Shown here in pieces: positions 28,384-32,000 of a stretch of 32,000 nt of DNA (its first letter is position 1; each line of letters starts with the position of its first letter). The notes below the pieces were generated by a model, which was not told the origin of the DNA, made no database searches, and was given only the letters and a program-made list of their open reading frames with translations. Made by a program: the position numbers and the translations under genes. Location: positions 54,025-86,024 of the forward strand of contig MTSL01000178.1 in NCBI GenBank assembly GCA_002794465.1, in the 5' to 3' direction. The stretch comes from Paramicrosporidium saccamoebae KSL3 (Eukaryota; Fungi; Cryptomycota).

Positions 28384-30065
28384 CGATTAGTAATAGATAC
28401 TCTGTACCTTGACCGATATCCCACAGGTTCCCAAGTTGACACGGAATTCATCACATAGCTGCAGCGTTTGCTGAGAAGCCTCCATGTTTCCTTCTTTCAT
28501 TTGGCTCAACCCAAGGGCTCTCACTCTGCTTCGAAACTTGATTGCTTCATCAATAACCAGACCTGATTCTAGTCGTGAACTCTGTAAGGCTTGCTGTGAA
28601 AAGCCAAACAAACCTAGCATTGAGCCGAGCTCGTCAATTGCGTGCATCAGAACTAGTGGGTGGGCTTCGTCGCCGTAGTTATCAATGTAAGCAGTTAGTC
28701 GTTTGGTAATATCAACAAATATTGGGCCTATCACCTTGGACCAATTGAAATCGCGACAAAGCTCCACTTGACAGGCTATACGAAAGTTGGAGATTCTACA
28801 AGGATCGTTATTACAATAAGGATGGCATACGCCAAAAGCACTTCTTTGTCCACAGTCGAAAACCGTCGCGCTATTGCAGGATAGTTTCGTTGATAAGCAT
28901 TGGTGAGGTTCTGGAGCAGATCCATTACCTCTTTTAGCTTCCTAGCGGCCAATGCCATCTTGTTCTCGCTATATTCCAAAGAATCACCATATTTGTGTAG
29001 GATGAATAGCATGCGTAGCTCAGCAGGCGAATGCACAGAAAGCGCATCCTACATGATTAGCGCCAAATCCATAGCAAGCCTTTATGGACACGTAATTCTT
29101 TAGGGATTTAGACATTTTTTCCTGATTGACGATCAGATGGCCTGCATGAGTAAAATGGGGGCACCAGGGAGAATCGCCATAAAAGCTCTCGCTCTGAGCA
29201 ATTTCGTTCTCATGGTGTGGGAACTCCAAGTCCACCCCTCCTGTATGCCAATCAATGTTTCTTCCAAACGCTGAATGGACTAAGAACAAGTCAGTGTCTC
29301 ACATACACGCCTGTACTGATGCTTGAACATTCGATATGCCAACCAGGACGGCCGAGCCCCCAAGGAGAGTCCCAGTATGGTTCCCCGGGTTTTGCTGGTT
29401 TCCACAGCGCAAAATCACGACGATCCGCTTTGGTAGCGGCGCTGACTTTTGTTTCGTTGCATGCACTAGATGGACGAAATTTTGGATAGCTATAACCCTT
29501 TTCCGTGTATCGAGAGATTGAGAAATGAATGCTGCCGTCCGGTGATTTGTAGGCGTATCCGTCTTCCAGTAGCCGGGCGATAAAATGGATAATGTCATCC
29601 ATGTGCTCCGATACTCGACTAAACTGCATCGGATGTGTGATCTAAAGTAAATGATCAAATGAAATTGCGATACATTAAGAGACTCCAATCCCTCAATGAA
29701 TTCGAGCTCAAATCGCCGAGATAATTCGTGGATTGTTTCGTTAGTCCGTGCTGCTTGCGAGATTATTTTGTCGTCCACATCCGTGATCCCCATTGACACT
29801 CGAACTTCCATTCCATAATGCTTTAATATCCTCTTCATTATATCAAAAGTCATGTATGTCCTATCAAAGCTGAGTAATGTGCAAATTTCATACCGCGCAT
29901 GGCCCAAATGGGGACTATCGTACACTGTAGGGCCACAAATATACCTTTAACATTAGCTCTCGCGTCACTCATGTACCAGTTTAATACACCTTTGGTCGAA
30001 GTTTGCAGCGTCTCGACCTTTTTGGTCAAAGAATTGTACACCTGGAACAGAGACGGAAATCGCAT
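28329..30065 (-). CDS. CARS: Cysteinyl-tRNA synthetase (class I), short type, 8 exons, 502 aa
   Basis: Introns 29945-29976, 29861-29893, 29642-29673, 29280-29316, 29049-29079 (GC-AG), 28796-28830 and 28380-28407, all with consistent phases. [13 protein letters not shown] (HIGH motif), [40 protein letters not shown]. Confidence 0.93.
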
Positions 30066-30099
30066 TGGCCCCGCCGCTCTGCAGACAAAGAAATCATTT

Positions 30100-31492
30100 T
30101 TATTCTACAACTAAATTGTAAGTTTCGGCAAGCGATTCTTCATCCTTTACAATCTGTTTCTCCAGCGGTACTGATGGAAAAACTAGGTCTCCACGCTCAG
30201 GGATGGTAGCCGATGGCGCCGTAGTCTGGATCATTTCTTCTAACTCTTTTTCCAAGTCTTCGTCGCTAGAATCGAGCATTCCATTCGGCTGTCCAAGAGC
30301 GGCAGAAATTTCTCCTTGTTGTATGAACGCTTCCTGAAGCAGTACTACGACATTGTCGACCTTTGAGACACTAAGATCATCTCTGGCGAGAATTTGTTTC
30401 AGTGTTGATTCGCCAGTTTTGTAGGCTTCATATATCTGCACATCCGAATGGGCGTCCGCAATCTTGAGGAGAATCTCATGAATCGTAGATGATGCTTGTA
30501 GTCTTTGATTCCTAGAGCTTTCGATAGTCTTAGATCTGCGCAGCTCGTGCAATGCCAACGAGCGATCATTCGTCTTTAGTGCTGCTATGGCAGCTTCCTT
30601 TGAGTCCTTAATTTTCAAGGCAAGCATGTGGAGTTGATCATCAAGGGAGGTGATAATATTCTTTAACTTTACAATGTTCGCTTCTTCTGGAGTAATGATT
30701 GGCGCTCTAGTTTCTCCAGGAAGTCTGATCTTTACAGCGCAATTTTCCAGGTTACTAGAGCTGGCCACAGCTATCATGTTCGTTTTTCTCATGTACTTTA
30801 AGAGCAGTTCAAAGTCGCGCTTATCATTGATCTTGCTCCAGCCTGCCCTTGACCGAGACTCTTGTACAATACTACAAAACTCCTGGAACGATATTGCACG
30901 AAGGAGCTGATCTTTCTTTTGCTCCCCATTAGCTCGGCTCACCAAATCGGCACACTCCTATACATTAATAGCAAATCTCGACTATACCTTTACAAGAACA
31001 TCCAGGATTAAAGGCCCACAATCAACAACCGTTTCAGGGACATCATTGTCTGCGGCATCAGTTCCAGAAACCCAGTGCCAACTCAAGGTCAGCGGTCCTG
31101 TAATGACAAGTTTCGCAAGTTTGCTGAGGAGAGAGGCCTCGCCTAGAGAGTCTCGATGTTCAGACTTTGCTAAACCTGTTTGCATGAGGTGATCCTATAA
31201 AGTTGATTTCATAGTCAGGGAAACATACCATCACATAGGCCACTCCAAGCGGTCTGTTGCCATTCCTGGAAAACAATTTGGCGACCAAAGAGGAGTCTGG
31301 AAGACGAAAAACACTGTTGTCGCAGAGACCAAGTCGAGTAGCGTTGAGCATATGTTCCTTCCAAAACAGTAACTTTGAGTCAAACGACTCGGGATTCACA
31401 CTCCTTGGTTGGGAGAATGAAGAGAACAAGCTCCGACTGCGTTGTTCATCCATCCATTCTGGCAGAGAGTTAAGGTATTCTTGAAGGTTCAT
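30100..31492 (-). CDS. CHMP7: CHMP7/Chm7-like ESCRT-II/III hybrid protein
   Basis: Exons 31492-31229, 31194-30988 and 30957-30100 with introns of 34 and 30 nt; 442 aa. SLFSSF...NPESFDSKLLFW N-terminal domain plus a Snf7 coiled-coil domain (ALHELRRSK, YEAYKTG, DEDLEKELEEM). Confidence 0.85.
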
Positions 31493-31572
31493 GGCCTGGG
31501 CGGCACGGGTTTGCCGCTGTGAGCTATTCGGTTCGGCTACCGCGGGCGACTTGGTCTGATACCGTGGGATAA

Positions 31573-32000
31573 ATGTCGATTCAAGCGTACACGGTGTGTG
31601 TCTCGGTGCCACCTATGGTTCGCATGGAGCTTTATAATTTATGGGTGAATGGGAACTCAGGTTGTTAACTATCAAAATTAGTGCTAATGTTCAGACAAAC
31701 AGGCATTGTCAACTTGGAAGAATATTTCCGAAGAGGATGCTACTCATGTAGAAATAGTTGTGGTCCAGAACCAATTCAGGCTCTACGAATCTTTAGAATC
31801 ACTACTGCGCAGACCAAAGTATTTTATGGGGCAGCGTTCGTATTTTCCATTCTCGGCTGCCCTCAAATTGTCTCTGATTGGAGGATACTTTGCTTTGGAT
31901 GAAGCCGTCGTCCGGGAATTAATAGGGAAGAAGCTCATCGGTAAAACCCGGCGTGACTTGGATGATATCAGCGAGCACACATTTGTACCTCTCGCCAGTT
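31573..32000 (+). CDS. FIBP: FIBP (acidic FGF intracellular-binding protein) homolog, 5' part, truncated by the window end
   Basis: Missed by the ORF track. Exon 31573-31660, intron 31661-31694, exon from 31695. ELYNLWVNG, QFRLYESLESLLRRP and YFALDEAVVRELIGKKLIGKTRRDLDDISEHT match FIBP (human [29 protein letters not shown], from memory). Confidence 0.85.

Noticed and set aside
31493-31612. N-terminal extension of CHMP7 (MAPRHTP…) and the minus-strand ORF at 31783-31980
   Set aside because: The extension starts at GTG and overlaps the FIBP start; the second ORF is antisense to FIBP exon 2.
1-32000. Prokaryotic or phage interpretation (operons, defence system, CRISPR)
   Set aside because: The genes are eukaryote-specific (Set2, Arp4, Rpt3, Rpa49, ESCRT) and need spliceosomal introns; there are no spaced direct repeats and no cas-like ORFs.

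Overview
Eukaryotic nuclear DNA from an extremely compact, fungus-related genome. It is not prokaryotic, and I found no rRNA, tRNA, CRISPR array or transposon. About 24 tightly packed protein-coding genes can be rebuilt by hand once 39 very short spliceosomal introns (26-37 nt) are removed; the ORF track fragments most genes for this reason. Genes in order: VMA6, RPT3, an unknown membrane-anchored protein, HDDC2, IMP3, an unknown helical protein, TMEM94-like, NDUFAF6, a small secreted orphan, ARP4, RPA49, CWC23/DNAJC17, MRPS16, REV1, SSR4-like, VMA3, SET2, a Mei2-like RRM protein, a small orphan, NMT1, a STIMATE/YPL162C-family protein, CysRS, CHMP7 and FIBP (truncated by the window end). Microsporidia-like compaction combined with many introns, mitoribosome and complex I assembly genes and the fungal Ssr4 family suggests an early-diverging Rozellomycota / 'short-branch microsporidia' organism such as Paramicrosporidium (inference, not searched). 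The most notable features are a length-constrained intron system with almost no donor consensus, a GC-AG intron, stopless 3n introns, a CysRS terminal exon lying antisense inside the neighbouring CDS, divergent ATGs 4-28 nt apart, retained FIBP and TMEM94 homologs, and a secreted orphan with an NLS-like tail. I found no self-contained novel multi-gene system. All homology calls are from remembered motifs, not database searches.
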